Positions 1 to 9,589 of a stretch of 64,000 nt of DNA are shown piece by piece. The stretch's first letter is position 1, and each line of letters opens with the position of its first letter. The DNA is from a bacterium (GTDB lineage Bacteria; Patescibacteriota; Minisyncoccia; Phycocordibacterales; JAUSHB01), in the NCBI GenBank assembly GCA_030648955.1, contig JAUSHB010000011.1:7366-71365 (forward strand), in the 5' to 3' direction. Under the pieces are notes generated by a model that saw only the letters and a list, made by a program, of their open reading frames with translations, was not told the DNA's origin and ran no database searches. A program made the position numbers and the translations under genes.

Positions 1-282
1 GTCAGTCATGGTTGGACCACCCCAATTCATAAATTTATGAATCCCCCCTGCTTCTCTAATGGTCTTGTCCCCCGGCTCAAGATAGAGATGGTAGGTATTC
101 GCCAGAACAACTTGCGCGCCAAGGTTTTTCACTTGTTCCGGTGAAAGTGATTTTACCGTTGCTTTGGTACCAACAGTGACAAAGGCGGGGGTTTGTATAT
201 CTCCGTGCGGGGTTGTTAAAACTCCCGCTCTGCCAAGTCCGTTTTTGAGCTTTTTCTCAATTTTGAATTTAAGTGGAGACAT
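1..282 (-). CDS. tgt: tRNA-guanine transglycosylase, 5' part (truncated by window edge)
   Basis: Manual translation MSPLKFKIEK...GRAGVLTTPHGDIQTPAFVTVGTKATVK...LANTYHLYLEPG...FMNWGGPTMTD matches the Tgt N-terminus; not in ORF track. Confidence 0.93.
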   Translation of the reverse strand, partial: MSPLKFKIEKKLKNGLGRAGVLTTPHGDIQTPAFVTVGTKATVKSLSPEQVKNLGAQVVLANTYHLYLEPGDKTIREAGGIHKFMNWGGPTMTD

Positions 283-316
283 ATGCGTTTCCAAAGAATA
301 CCCGAGAATCCGAGCT

Positions 317-344
317 TTGACAAACAGTTCGGTTGTGATAGTTT
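317..344 (+). promoter_or_regulatory. sigma70-type promoter for thyX
   Basis: TTGACA-16 nt-TAGTTT with TG extension; AGAGGA SD-like sequence before ATG 396. Confidence 0.55.
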
Positions 345-395
345 TTGAGAAGCTTTAGATTTGTACCTTACAACCTTACATAAGAGGATGATTAA

Positions 396-2147
396 ATGAA
401 CAATAGCCCGCTATCTTTGGAGTTGAACCAGCATGCACGCAGCTTTATTTCTTCGGATCTTCTGTATCATTTTAGTAATACGGAAGTACATGTTTTGTCG
501 AAATTTTTCACCAACCTCTTCGGGCGCGTGTTCTTTATACACACCCTTCCGGAAAGTATGATCGCGGTGCTTCTTGCAATGTATTCGCGGATCAAAAATC
601 CGCGTGGACTCCGAGGAATTTTTATCGATAGCTTCTTACCGCAAATTCTTGGAAGCTTCACTCGTGAATGCACCGAGCAGTTTGGCGATAACGTGGAGAA
701 TTTCCTCAAGGAACGTGATATCAAGTCGCTTGATCAATTTATCACGCACTCGACAGAGACATCGGAGCTGTTTAATAGCTTCTTAAGGAGTATCCATGTC
801 GACCCGAAATTTCTTGCACTGTTTGCATCTGCCGAAAAACTCAGGAAATTTCTCTCTACATGGCTCGATAAATATGGCCATAACTCTATTGCGAGAACGG
901 CGACGCTTCACATTTGCTTTGAAGGGATATCTATCCTTGCAGCAAAATCCATCGAGTGGACTCGTCCCGGTGCCGGGTATATCGAACTCTCCACGCGATA
1001 TGTTGATATGTCTGGGAAGGATCTCTACCCGGTTGAAAACGAGCTTCGAATCCTTGGCGTACATCCTGATTTTTGCGACGAGGTTTCCGAAGAATCAAAA
1101 AGATGCTTCGAAGTTTATAAAAGTCTCGAGGGTGACGCATGGAATGGACCGCTTCCGCAGTTTTTAGCGAAGCAATACCAAAATATTATTCCAGTGGATA
1201 AACTCAAGCAGGGTGTAATCGGAGAGACCTGCGATTTGCTTGGAAATATTCTTCCCTGTTCGACCTTAACGTCACTCGGAGGAAGTTTCAGCGGTGAATC
1301 ACTGGTAACGCTCATTCAACATTTGTGGATGGACATGCTTCCTGAAACAAATGCCATTGCCGAGGCAATTATTGCTGAAGCAAATAAGGTCGGAGCAAAT
1401 CAATTCTTGCGCCACCTTGAGACGACGCCATGGCAGGAAGCCATGTGGAATTACCTTTCGCCAGTGAATGGAACACAAGCGTCTTTCTCGGTAATACCTT
1501 CTCTCGCATATACAGAGAAAGCGCTTATGAGTGTACTTACTCTCCAAGAAGAGTTGTGGAAATCGAAGTCCATCGAAGAGGTGATAAGGATCCTGTCTCT
1601 TAACCCGCGTGGTGAGTACGATAAATTGCCGCGTGAATTTGAGACGGTTTCTGTTGGTTTCTATGGTGGAATGTCGTTTCGTGGGTGGAGAGACCTGCAG
1701 CGGATGGGATTATGTGCTCACAAACGTGGCCTTGTCTCTGCATTCAATGGTTTTTACACCTACACGAAGCCTGCGCCACAAGTTCTTATTGAGGCGTTCA
1801 ATCACATCCACCTCAAAAATGGAAGCATTGAAACAAGGCTTCTTTATGCCGCAAAGACTCACCGAGAAAATGATCGGAAAACAATGCGAGCGATCATGCA
1901 ATATCCACTGGTGTTGGGTAATATGGTCCCCTTCTATATGACAGGAAATCTTCGGCAGATGGAGTTTTGCAATTGGCAACGGAGTAAGCCAAGTGTTAAC
2001 CACGAGGTACGGGAGGTGTTTCTCTCCTTCGAGTACGAGTTACGAAATGCGTACCCATGGTGGGGAAAAATCTCCCGCGCAGATACAACTCCAGCATATG
2101 TGTTCGCCCGAGGAGACAGTGATATCCCTCTTTCTAAGGTTACATAA
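396..2147 (+). CDS. thyX: FAD-dependent thymidylate synthase, duplicated two-domain ThyX type
   Basis: AMYSR, YGHNSIA, ELSTRYVD, RDLQR and GNLRQ motifs of two-domain ThyX; RHR motif altered to RMG. Confidence 0.75.
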   Translation: MNNSPLSLELNQHARSFISSDLLYHFSNTEVHVLSKFFTNLFGRVFFIHTLPESMIAVLLAMYSRIKNPRGLRGIFIDSFLPQILGSFTRECTEQFGDNVENFLKERDIKSLDQFITHSTETSELFNSFLRSIHVDPKFLALFASAEKLRKFLSTWLDKYGHNSIARTATLHICFEGISILAAKSIEWTRPGAGYIELSTRYVDMSGKDLYPVENELRILGVHPDFCDEVSEESKRCFEVYKSLEGDAWNGPLPQFLAKQYQNIIPVDKLKQGVIGETCDLLGNILPCSTLTSLGGSFSGESLVTLIQHLWMDMLPETNAIAEAIIAEANKVGANQFLRHLETTPWQEAMWNYLSPVNGTQASFSVIPSLAYTEKALMSVLTLQEELWKSKSIEEVIRILSLNPRGEYDKLPREFETVSVGFYGGMSFRGWRDLQRMGLCAHKRGLVSAFNGFYTYTKPAPQVLIEAFNHIHLKNGSIETRLLYAAKTHRENDRKTMRAIMQYPLVLGNMVPFYMTGNLRQMEFCNWQRSKPSVNHEVREVFLSFEYELRNAYPWWGKISRADTTPAYVFARGDSDIPLSKVT

Positions 2148-2167
2148 AATATAGTGTTCTGTATTTA

Positions 2168-2197
2168 AAAGGCAGCGGATTTTTATCCCCTGCCTTT
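2168..2197. terminator. intrinsic terminator between convergent thyX and ROK genes
   Basis: AAAGGCAGCGGAT-tttt-ATCCCCTGCCTTT hairpin. Confidence 0.65.
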
Positions 2198-3032
2198 ATT
2201 TTTTTAAATTCTTGATATACGCAAGCGCGCCCCATAGCCCCCCAAAATCACCGAGAGTTGCTTTTTCAATTTTCGAAACATCAGGCATGATGCGAAAAAT
2301 TTCACGAAGATGCTTCTTGACTGCATCAATAGGGATGCCTATCTTTTTCATCATTGAACCGCCAAGGACAATGACGTGTGGAGACCAATACGCAATCGTG
2401 TTATTGAGTCCGTACGCAAGGAATCTAGCCAGCTTGTCCCAAACGAGAGGGTCGGTAATCTCATATGGTTTTACACCATACCTTTTTGTTATCGAAGTTC
2501 CCGAAATATAGCTCTCCAAATCATTGCCCTCACATTCGGGGCACATTGAATTATCAGGGTCGACAATTTGATGCCCTGGTTCAAATCCATTTGCAGACTC
2601 GTCAATTTCTCCGTTGATAATTCTTGCCCCCCCAACGCCAGTGCTTATCGTGATATATGCCACAATACCATACCCTCTTCCTGCTCCATATACCGCTTCA
2701 CCAAGCCCAACCATCGCAGAATCATTTTCTATGTACACGGGAGCGCTTAAAAGATCTTGAAGTTTTCCACGAAGTGGATTCCCAGCCCAACCAGGGAGAT
2801 TAGGACTTGCTATCATCGTTCCTCTGTCTTGTGTAAGTGTTCCCGCTATACCACCCACAACTCCGTCAATTTTATCACCTTGAGCAAGTGCGTGCGCATG
2901 ATGTGCAAACAACTCCATCCCCTCTTCAAACATTTTTGGCGTTGGAATAACAATCGGCTCGCCAAAAGACTCTTCATCGCGCGTTGCTGCGATCCTCATA
3001 TTCGTCCCGCCAATGTCGAAAAGAATGTACAT
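2196..3032 (-). CDS. ROK family sugar kinase (glucokinase-like)
   Basis: DIGGT, ENDS, TISTGVGG, EPGHQ, CPEC motifs. Confidence 0.9.
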   Translation of the reverse strand: MYILFDIGGTNMRIAATRDEESFGEPIVIPTPKMFEEGMELFAHHAHALAQGDKIDGVVGGIAGTLTQDRGTMIASPNLPGWAGNPLRGKLQDLLSAPVYIENDSAMVGLGEAVYGAGRGYGIVAYITISTGVGGARIINGEIDESANGFEPGHQIVDPDNSMCPECEGNDLESYISGTSITKRYGVKPYEITDPLVWDKLARFLAYGLNNTIAYWSPHVIVLGGSMMKKIGIPIDAVKKHLREIFRIMPDVSKIEKATLGDFGGLWGALAYIKNLKK

Positions 3033-3101
3033 AACTTAGTTTATTAGTTGATACGTTGGTTAGTTTTTTATTCTTGCGATCTAATTTCTCCATTCTAGGG
3101 T

Positions 3102-5090
3102 CTACGACCTTACTACCGGATTACACTTAATGCAGATTCCCATGCTTTCGAGCTTGTCTAAATATTTAATGATGGTAATGACATATTCCGCCTGACTCCA
3201 CGTAAGTGGCGCTGCGGATATTTGCTCACCAGTAAATGTGTCTAGTTGCTCTGAAAGAACCCCTGAAGGCAAGGAATATTCAACGACCCAATTAATCCAT
3301 TTTTTTACAACATCAAAATCAGACGCATTTTTTGCTTTTGCAATATAATATTGAGCAAGCCAGAGGCTTGTTATGAACCAGGGGTTACCGGGAATTGTAT
3401 TGGAGATCCGATAATACCGATCATTTTCATATCGCGCTATTCCTCCAACAAATGTTTTGCATGCAAGTCGTTCCTCAATTTTACTTATAAATTTAACCAG
3501 TCGTTCGTCATCCGGGGGCAATACACCAAATGCAAAAAGGCCGAACGCACTGCTCATATCAATGGTTTTATCAGTTTCTAGTGCTACATTATCTGGGGTA
3601 ATCATTTTATAAAATATCTCTTCATTGGGGTTGTAGAGATATTTAAATATTGCTTCTTTGATTTCTTCCGCTGTATCACGATAAACTTTTTCGCTTTTGT
3701 GTTTACCCAAAACTGCAGAAAAATTGGCTGCCGCAATAAGACCTCCATATACTGCACACGATGTGTATGTTGAAGTTCCAAACTTCTCTTCCCATAAGTC
3801 ATAGCTTGGTTTTGGTAATTTAATATATGGATCACGATACTGAACCATAAAATCTGCTGCTTTTTTTATAAGCGAATTATAAACTTCCTCAATAAATTCT
3901 AAATCTTTTGATACTTCGTAATGTTTCCAAAGAGCGTATATCACCAATGCGGTCTGGTCTTCTTGTATAGGAAGCTCGATTTTTCCATTCCGTATCCATG
4001 GATGCCATGAACTCCCGAGGGATTTATCGGGACGATATTTATGCATAAAATATCCACTATCAGTAATAACTGAATTACAAAATTCAAAAAATCGTTTTGA
4101 TACATTTTGGTCACCCGCACTATCGAGCGCGATTGCAGAATATGATGCGTCTCTTGGCCACATGTAACTATAGGTATCTCGTCCGTTGTTAAGCATTGAG
4201 TAGTCCCCCGAGGCGAGAATTGCGCCACGATTGTCAGTATGTGCGCGAATAATAAACAACGATTTTTTGAAAAGATCCACCGCCCCTTCCTCAAGTCCGT
4301 AAAAAGAAAAATTATATCGATTGACCCATGCCGACCAAAAATCAGAAGTTGTACGCAAGAGATGTTCTGGGGATTTTAATAATGTGTAATTATTAAGCGC
4401 GACAGCATCTTTTATTGACTCCGCTGCTGCAATCCAATAATAGAGCGTACGTTCTTCTTCTGGATCTAATGTCATATAAAAACCAAGTACGGAATCTGAA
4501 GGTCCGTGCTCGATAGGATTTTTCGACAATAAACCATCTTCCGCGTCCTTAAATGAACCCTCCCTTCCCTCAATTTTAAAAATACCCGTATTGAAATCGT
4601 CGAATGGTTTTCCATCAACCCTTCCGCTGATCAAAAAAACTCGTCGGCCATTATAGTGAATGACGGCGTTATTGATTGGATCATAATAAGCAGTGTCGCC
4701 TCGATGTGACTCATAAATCTCAAATTCGTGATTAAAGTAAACCTTGATCTCTTTTCGTGATATTCCCTTGTTGGTGACCTTCACTTTGCGTAAAAATATA
4801 TCTTTTTCATTATACACGACATCTGATATGTTAAGCTCGACGCCGAGTGCTTTATTAATTGCCTTCGTCTGCCCCATCAACGCATTACGATGTGATGAAA
4901 TGGAAGTGCTCCAATGAGGATGACCCATCCAGTTGAGTTCTCCATCAATCCATACTCCCAGACGATGTTCATAGTGCCCTCCCGTATGATTTTCAAGTCC
5001 AACATAAGGAAAATAAAAGTCATTCACTTGTGCATATTTGTCAAAAGTGATGAGGAGGTTCCCGTTACCTAATACAAGAGATTTGGGCAT
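3102..5090 (-). CDS. glycoside hydrolase family 15 (glucoamylase-like)
   Basis: YSYMWPRD, QEDQTA, DLWEE, LSEQ, PLTWSQAEY motifs. Confidence 0.9.
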   Translation of the reverse strand: MPKSLVLGNGNLLITFDKYAQVNDFYFPYVGLENHTGGHYEHRLGVWIDGELNWMGHPHWSTSISSHRNALMGQTKAINKALGVELNISDVVYNEKDIFLRKVKVTNKGISRKEIKVYFNHEFEIYESHRGDTAYYDPINNAVIHYNGRRVFLISGRVDGKPFDDFNTGIFKIEGREGSFKDAEDGLLSKNPIEHGPSDSVLGFYMTLDPEEERTLYYWIAAAESIKDAVALNNYTLLKSPEHLLRTTSDFWSAWVNRYNFSFYGLEEGAVDLFKKSLFIIRAHTDNRGAILASGDYSMLNNGRDTYSYMWPRDASYSAIALDSAGDQNVSKRFFEFCNSVITDSGYFMHKYRPDKSLGSSWHPWIRNGKIELPIQEDQTALVIYALWKHYEVSKDLEFIEEVYNSLIKKAADFMVQYRDPYIKLPKPSYDLWEEKFGTSTYTSCAVYGGLIAAANFSAVLGKHKSEKVYRDTAEEIKEAIFKYLYNPNEEIFYKMITPDNVALETDKTIDMSSAFGLFAFGVLPPDDERLVKFISKIEERLACKTFVGGIARYENDRYYRISNTIPGNPWFITSLWLAQYYIAKAKNASDFDVVKKWINWVVEYSLPSGVLSEQLDTFTGEQISAAPLTWSQAEYVITIIKYLDKLESMGICIKCNPVVRS

Positions 5091-5141
5091 GATAGATTTT
5101 TAAGAGGTGGAACGACTATTAAAATCGCCATACTCATTATT

Positions 5142-5495
5142 TCACTTATATTTTTTTAGTGCCTTAATGGTGCACGCATGTGCAGAAGCTTTATTTTTGC
5201 ATTTCTTAAGTCCTTGCGCACACTCCGGATCCATAAGTACAAATTCAACCCAGGATGCAAAGTCGTTCTTTGTTGTGTTCGCATGATAATTAAATTGATC
5301 CTTTGATAATTTTTTGAGAGCATTACTTAAGTCTTTAAGATTCGCGAGTGTCGGCCCATTGTATACCCAAAAGCATTGTGCTTCTGAAGCATTGACCATG
5401 TGCTTACTTTCTTTCCCTTTGTTTTTTCTTGACGGCATTTGTATACTCGTTTTTTTAGCTACTACTTTTTTTACTTTTTTCTTTATTATTACCAT
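5142..5495 (-). CDS. small protein associated with glycogen clusters (DUF5752-like domain), Lys-rich N-terminus
   Basis: FWVYNG...NLKDL...FNYH...NDFASWV pattern; inside glucan operon. Confidence 0.6.
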   Translation of the reverse strand: MVIIKKKVKKVVAKKTSIQMPSRKNKGKESKHMVNASEAQCFWVYNGPTLANLKDLSNALKKLSKDQFNYHANTTKNDFASWVEFVLMDPECAQGLKKCKNKASAHACTIKALKKYK

Positions 5496-5546
5496 AGTGA
5501 TTTTATAAATTCTATTAAATGCATGTCCTGATACATGATGATATAT

Positions 5547-6767
5547 TTATGGTGCCGTTGCTTTCTCTTTATTCTTATGGGGTATACGAAGCCTGAGATC
5601 CCCTAATGCATTCATGAACGATATGAATGCTTCATAGGGAGAACTGTAGGGGTTAAAATATTTATGAACATCGCCATCAGCAAACCATTTTGTGCACATA
5701 TAATAAAAATGGTCGGAGGTCTGCATCTTTCTCCAGGTATCGATTAATGCTTTATTATTTGACCCGAGAACTGTTTTTTCTAGATCATAAAGCTTGCGAA
5801 TTGCGTCGTTTTGGATTGGATTTGAAAGCCATGCAGAGAGATCTCGTTCAATGTCTGCCCAGGAAATAAAATTATGGACATCGAGTTCGGAAACGGGGTT
5901 ATATCGATCGATTGCCTCCGATGGTGTGACAAAATCATTGTCTGGATGTTTTAAAATTTCACCCGGGAGATGTCTCAAGAATTCAAAAATGCCAGTATCT
6001 TCCCATTGATGTTCTCCAAACGTTTCATAATCCATAAAAAGATTTACGAGATTGCCATTTCCATTGACTGCTGATACCCACTGCGAAAACTTTGGCGCAG
6101 TAAGAGGATAATCTTTCCAATCACGAGATGAAAATCGAAATGCGATATCATCAGACAAGCGGTAATTTTTGAGCAAGACAGAAAGATTTTTGGTACCCTT
6201 GGGACGATAGAGAAAATTAGGACTTCTCCAACCCATAATATGATCTGCTCCTTCAGCCAAAATACCCTTGTAGCCCATTTTTTCTATTTCAACCGCTAGA
6301 CTATTGTTGTAAATGAGCTCTGTATTTCGAAACACCTTAGGTTTTTGTCCAAAGTGCTCCATTATTTTATCTTTATGCATTTTTACTTGCGTACGAAACT
6401 CTTCCGGCGAGTACAAAAAAGAAAGAGAGTGGTAGTATGTTTCACTTAAAAATTCTACATTCCCCGTTTCCGCAAGATCTTGGAAAGATTCCAGAGTTTC
6501 TGGAGAAAATTTCTCTAGTTGCTCCATAAGAACACCTGAAAGAGAATAACTCACCTTGAAATTAGGATGTTTTTTAATGAGTTCAAGTATTGTACGATTT
6601 GCCGGCAAGTATGATTTGCGAGCAACTTTTTCAAGAATGCGACGATTATTGAGATCGTTCTCGGAATTGTCGTTGAAGTACGCGTCGTCATGACCAATGT
6701 CAAAAACACGAAAATGTTTTATCCGGTAAGGTTGATGAACTTGAAAATAAAAACAAACTGAGGGCAT
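5547..6767 (-). CDS. glycoside hydrolase family 57 (alpha-amylase)
   Basis: FQVHQP, ETYYHSL, FRNTEL, DYETFGEHQW, QTSDHFYYM. Confidence 0.93.
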   Translation of the reverse strand: MPSVCFYFQVHQPYRIKHFRVFDIGHDDAYFNDNSENDLNNRRILEKVARKSYLPANRTILELIKKHPNFKVSYSLSGVLMEQLEKFSPETLESFQDLAETGNVEFLSETYYHSLSFLYSPEEFRTQVKMHKDKIMEHFGQKPKVFRNTELIYNNSLAVEIEKMGYKGILAEGADHIMGWRSPNFLYRPKGTKNLSVLLKNYRLSDDIAFRFSSRDWKDYPLTAPKFSQWVSAVNGNGNLVNLFMDYETFGEHQWEDTGIFEFLRHLPGEILKHPDNDFVTPSEAIDRYNPVSELDVHNFISWADIERDLSAWLSNPIQNDAIRKLYDLEKTVLGSNNKALIDTWRKMQTSDHFYYMCTKWFADGDVHKYFNPYSSPYEAFISFMNALGDLRLRIPHKNKEKATAP

Positions 6768-6769
6768 GA

Positions 6770-6889
6770 AATTAAATTTAAAATTAAAAAATCAAAATTA
6801 AAAATGACAAAGCAGAAACAAAAAGATAAGACGGCTCCTTTGTTTCTTTGTTTTTAAATTTTGCACTGTAATTTTGCATTTGTTATATA
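6770..6889. repeat. degenerate ~7-bp-periodic A-rich/T-rich inverted repeat
   Basis: aaaattaaaaaatcaaaattaaaaatgacaaa ... ttttgcactgtaattttgcatttg. Confidence 0.45.
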
Positions 6890-8116
6890 TTATACAGCAA
6901 ATTGTTGATTCGACAGAATTTGTTTGTAAAGATTAATACACTTGCGTGCGGACTCTCTCCATGTCACCTTACTTGCTTCATGCTTACCATTATCGCGCAG
7001 GGTATCTTTCAGTGAACCATGATTGAGAACACTCACAATCTTGTCCGCCATATCTTCAGTATCCCAAAAATCACTCTTGAGAGCATGGATAAGCACTTCC
7101 GAAACACCACACTGTTTTGATATAAGCACTGGTGTGCCACTCAATATAACTTCAAGCGGAATAATGCCAAATGGTTCAGATACAGAGGGCATAACATATA
7201 AATCTGCTGCTTGATAAATAGCAGATAATTCATCCCCACGAAGGAATCCTGTAAATATTATCTTGTCAGAAATACCCAGGTAGGCGGCTTCTGTCATTAT
7301 TTGATGTTCCATATCACCAGATCCTGCCATAATAAATATGGCGCTAGGACAATATTCGAGAACTCTTTTTGCTGCACGTATAAAATATTCGGGGCCTTTT
7401 TGAATTGTAATTCTTCCCGCGTAGAGAACAATTTTTTTATTCATCTCTCTAAAGTGTGTGACTATGTGACGGAGATCTTTTTTCCAATCGTTTTCGTCAA
7501 CACCATTATGTACCACCTCTATCTTATTTGGATTAATTCCATAATGCTCTACAATTTTTTGTTTCGTCATATTACTCACCGCAATAATTTTATCCGCAAA
7601 ATTAAGTCCGCGTCGCTCTATTTCGTACACATTTTGATTTACTCTCTGTCCCCCCGTGCGATCAAACTCCGTTGCATGTACATGAACAATCAAAGGTTTT
7701 CCACTTACTTTTTTTGCTTCAATACCAGCAAGAAATGAAAGCCAGTCGTGCGCATGAATAATATCAAATTTTTCTTTTTTTGCGATTCTTCGAGCGGATC
7801 GCGCATAACGTTCAACCTCTTCAAGAAGTGTCCTGCCGTAAATATCGTTTTTAATATGCTCGCGGTCAAGCACATATTCTTCGGAAGTTACATACGGATA
7901 TAGGAGTGAGTTTACTTCCTGAATTTTTATCGCGTGTTCATCTGCAAATAAAATTTTGATATCTGATGAGTGTACGTTAAATTTTTTAGGTAATACAAAC
8001 GTAATATGTACACGACTTTGCGTAAGTGCTTTGGAAAGACCGTAACAAGCGGTCCCAAGTCCACCGCTGTTATACGGAGGAAATTCCCACCCAAACATTA
8101 ATACCTTTATGTTCAT
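6890..8116 (-). CDS. GT4 glycosyltransferase, glycogen synthase-like
   Basis: MFGWEFPPYNSGGLG, HAHDW, HVHATEFDR, SEPFGI. Confidence 0.9.
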   Translation of the reverse strand: MNIKVLMFGWEFPPYNSGGLGTACYGLSKALTQSRVHITFVLPKKFNVHSSDIKILFADEHAIKIQEVNSLLYPYVTSEEYVLDREHIKNDIYGRTLLEEVERYARSARRIAKKEKFDIIHAHDWLSFLAGIEAKKVSGKPLIVHVHATEFDRTGGQRVNQNVYEIERRGLNFADKIIAVSNMTKQKIVEHYGINPNKIEVVHNGVDENDWKKDLRHIVTHFREMNKKIVLYAGRITIQKGPEYFIRAAKRVLEYCPSAIFIMAGSGDMEHQIMTEAAYLGISDKIIFTGFLRGDELSAIYQAADLYVMPSVSEPFGIIPLEVILSGTPVLISKQCGVSEVLIHALKSDFWDTEDMADKIVSVLNHGSLKDTLRDNGKHEASKVTWRESARKCINLYKQILSNQQFAV

Positions 8117-8353
8117 TGCGCGTTATTATTGTATTCAATAAATGTACTTAGATAACTTAAAAAGAAGAGTGATGCCAATCTACATGGAATATAGTATACA
8201 CCATTCACTTCTCGGTGTAGAGATGTGAACAAGTTATTTATCCACAGATTGAATTGTTGCGGTTGAAATTATTTTTGCTTACAGCCTATTTTTTTAAAAA
8301 TTATTCCATCTAAAATCTGAAAAGGGCAATTTTGAGCCTTTTTATATAGTATT

Positions 8354-8647
8354 TTAGTGAATCTTATTTTTACGAGTGATAGTTAACGTTACGCCTTCTT
8401 GTTTTAAAAGTAAGAGTTTCATCGCACTTCCCCTATTGTAACCCCCCAGATTCCCGTTTGAGTAGATTACACGGTGACAAGGAATGCGTGGATTATAATT
8501 TTTACTTATGATGTTCCCGACAGCACGACAGGCGCGTGGAGACCCTGCTCGTGTGGCAACTTCTTTGTACGTAAGCGTACTTCCACGAGGAATAGCAGAG
8601 ACGATTTTTAATACACACTCACTGAATATCGCGCTGTTTTTTCTCAT
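8354..8647 (-). CDS. MGMT family (O6-alkylguanine alkyltransferase C-terminal domain)
   Basis: IPRG..TYKEVA, RAVG, IPCHRVI active-site motif. Confidence 0.9.
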   Translation of the reverse strand: MRKNSAIFSECVLKIVSAIPRGSTLTYKEVATRAGSPRACRAVGNIISKNYNPRIPCHRVIYSNGNLGGYNRGSAMKLLLLKQEGVTLTITRKNKIH

Positions 8648-8711
8648 ACTATGATAGTATACAATAGTAACACCATCGGTCGAAATTAAATATTAATAAA
8701 CTTACAACGTT

Positions 8712-8903
8712 ATGCTTAATAATCACTCTTACAATATCCTTCTTCAACTCACCGAAGAAAATAAAAGCCTTTGGCGAATCAAGGATGAGTATGAAAAAGA
8801 TTCAGATAACTGCGCAGACTGTAAAGCATTCTGGAAGAAACTTGAACAAGAAAAAGAAAATCATATTCTCGAGCTTACTGAATTAGCAAAAAAGCACCTC
8901 TAA
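8712..8903 (+). CDS. small helical (ferritin-like half) hypothetical protein
   Basis: YNILLQLTEENKSLWRI...CADC...EKENH; followed by terminator. Confidence 0.7.
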   Translation: MLNNHSYNILLQLTEENKSLWRIKDEYEKDSDNCADCKAFWKKLEQEKENHILELTELAKKHL

Positions 8904-8915
8904 GGTGCTTTTTTG
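8887..8915. terminator. bidirectional intrinsic terminator
   Basis: CAAAAAAGCACCT-cta-AGGTGCTTTTTTG. Confidence 0.7.
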
Positions 8916-8947
8916 TTTCCTTGTATTCATCAAAATAAATATATCAA

Positions 8948-9472
8948 TTACTGCTCAACTACAACCACCGTACCTCGATCACTTTTATTGTTTTCGTTGT
9001 GATATGCCCAATTGCCAGCTTCGTTAAAAACAAAATCATACGTAACTCCTCTTCCAACTGTTTTACTTTGATTGAGGGCACTGTATGTTTTGTCTTCTTG
9101 CAGATCAGCAAAAATGCGCATAGCTTTATCGGAATTATTTATAAATCTGACACCTTTTCCCTTTTTGATTTGAAGAGTTGTTGGCGAAAATCCCCCGTTC
9201 GTGTAATAAATGACATAGAGACCGTCTTTGGTCATTGTTTGAACAACTGGTTTTGGTTGAGGACTTGGTTTTGACACTGTCGGAGTTTTTGGTACGATTT
9301 TAGTTTCCGTTGAAGTATTTGTTGTCGTAACCGTTGTTGACGATGTGGTTGCTTCTGGAGTAAAAATTGCGTCATTGTTGTTCACTGATGATTTTTCAAA
9401 AACATAATATCCTATTAAGATAATTATGACGCCAACGAGAATAAGGCTGACTTTATTGTTTTGTAGATTCAT
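8948..9472 (-). CDS. membrane-anchored cupredoxin-fold protein
   Basis: N-terminal TM, Thr/Pro linker, FSPTTLQIKKG..VRFIN, YDFVFNEAGNWAYH; no Cys copper ligand. Confidence 0.7.
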   Translation of the reverse strand: MNLQNNKVSLILVGVIIILIGYYVFEKSSVNNNDAIFTPEATTSSTTVTTTNTSTETKIVPKTPTVSKPSPQPKPVVQTMTKDGLYVIYYTNGGFSPTTLQIKKGKGVRFINNSDKAMRIFADLQEDKTYSALNQSKTVGRGVTYDFVFNEAGNWAYHNENNKSDRGTVVVVEQ

Positions 9473-9528
9473 GTTAATAAAATCTGACTAGTAATATGTA
9501 TTACGCATAATAATAAGATGTATGTAAG

Positions 9529-9566
9529 CACAAAGCAAGCCCCACCTAGGTGGGGCTTGCTTTGTG
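9529..9566. terminator. perfect 38-bp palindrome / terminator
   Basis: CACAAAGCAAGCCCCACCTAGGTGGGGCTTGCTTTGTG. Confidence 0.7.
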
Positions 9567-9589
9567 TGAATATTCTCTAGCGTTAAAAT

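Noticed and set aside
8224-8246. Replication origin
   Set aside because: Only two boxes, no dnaA/dnaN context and no DUE array; kept only as a weak regulatory note.
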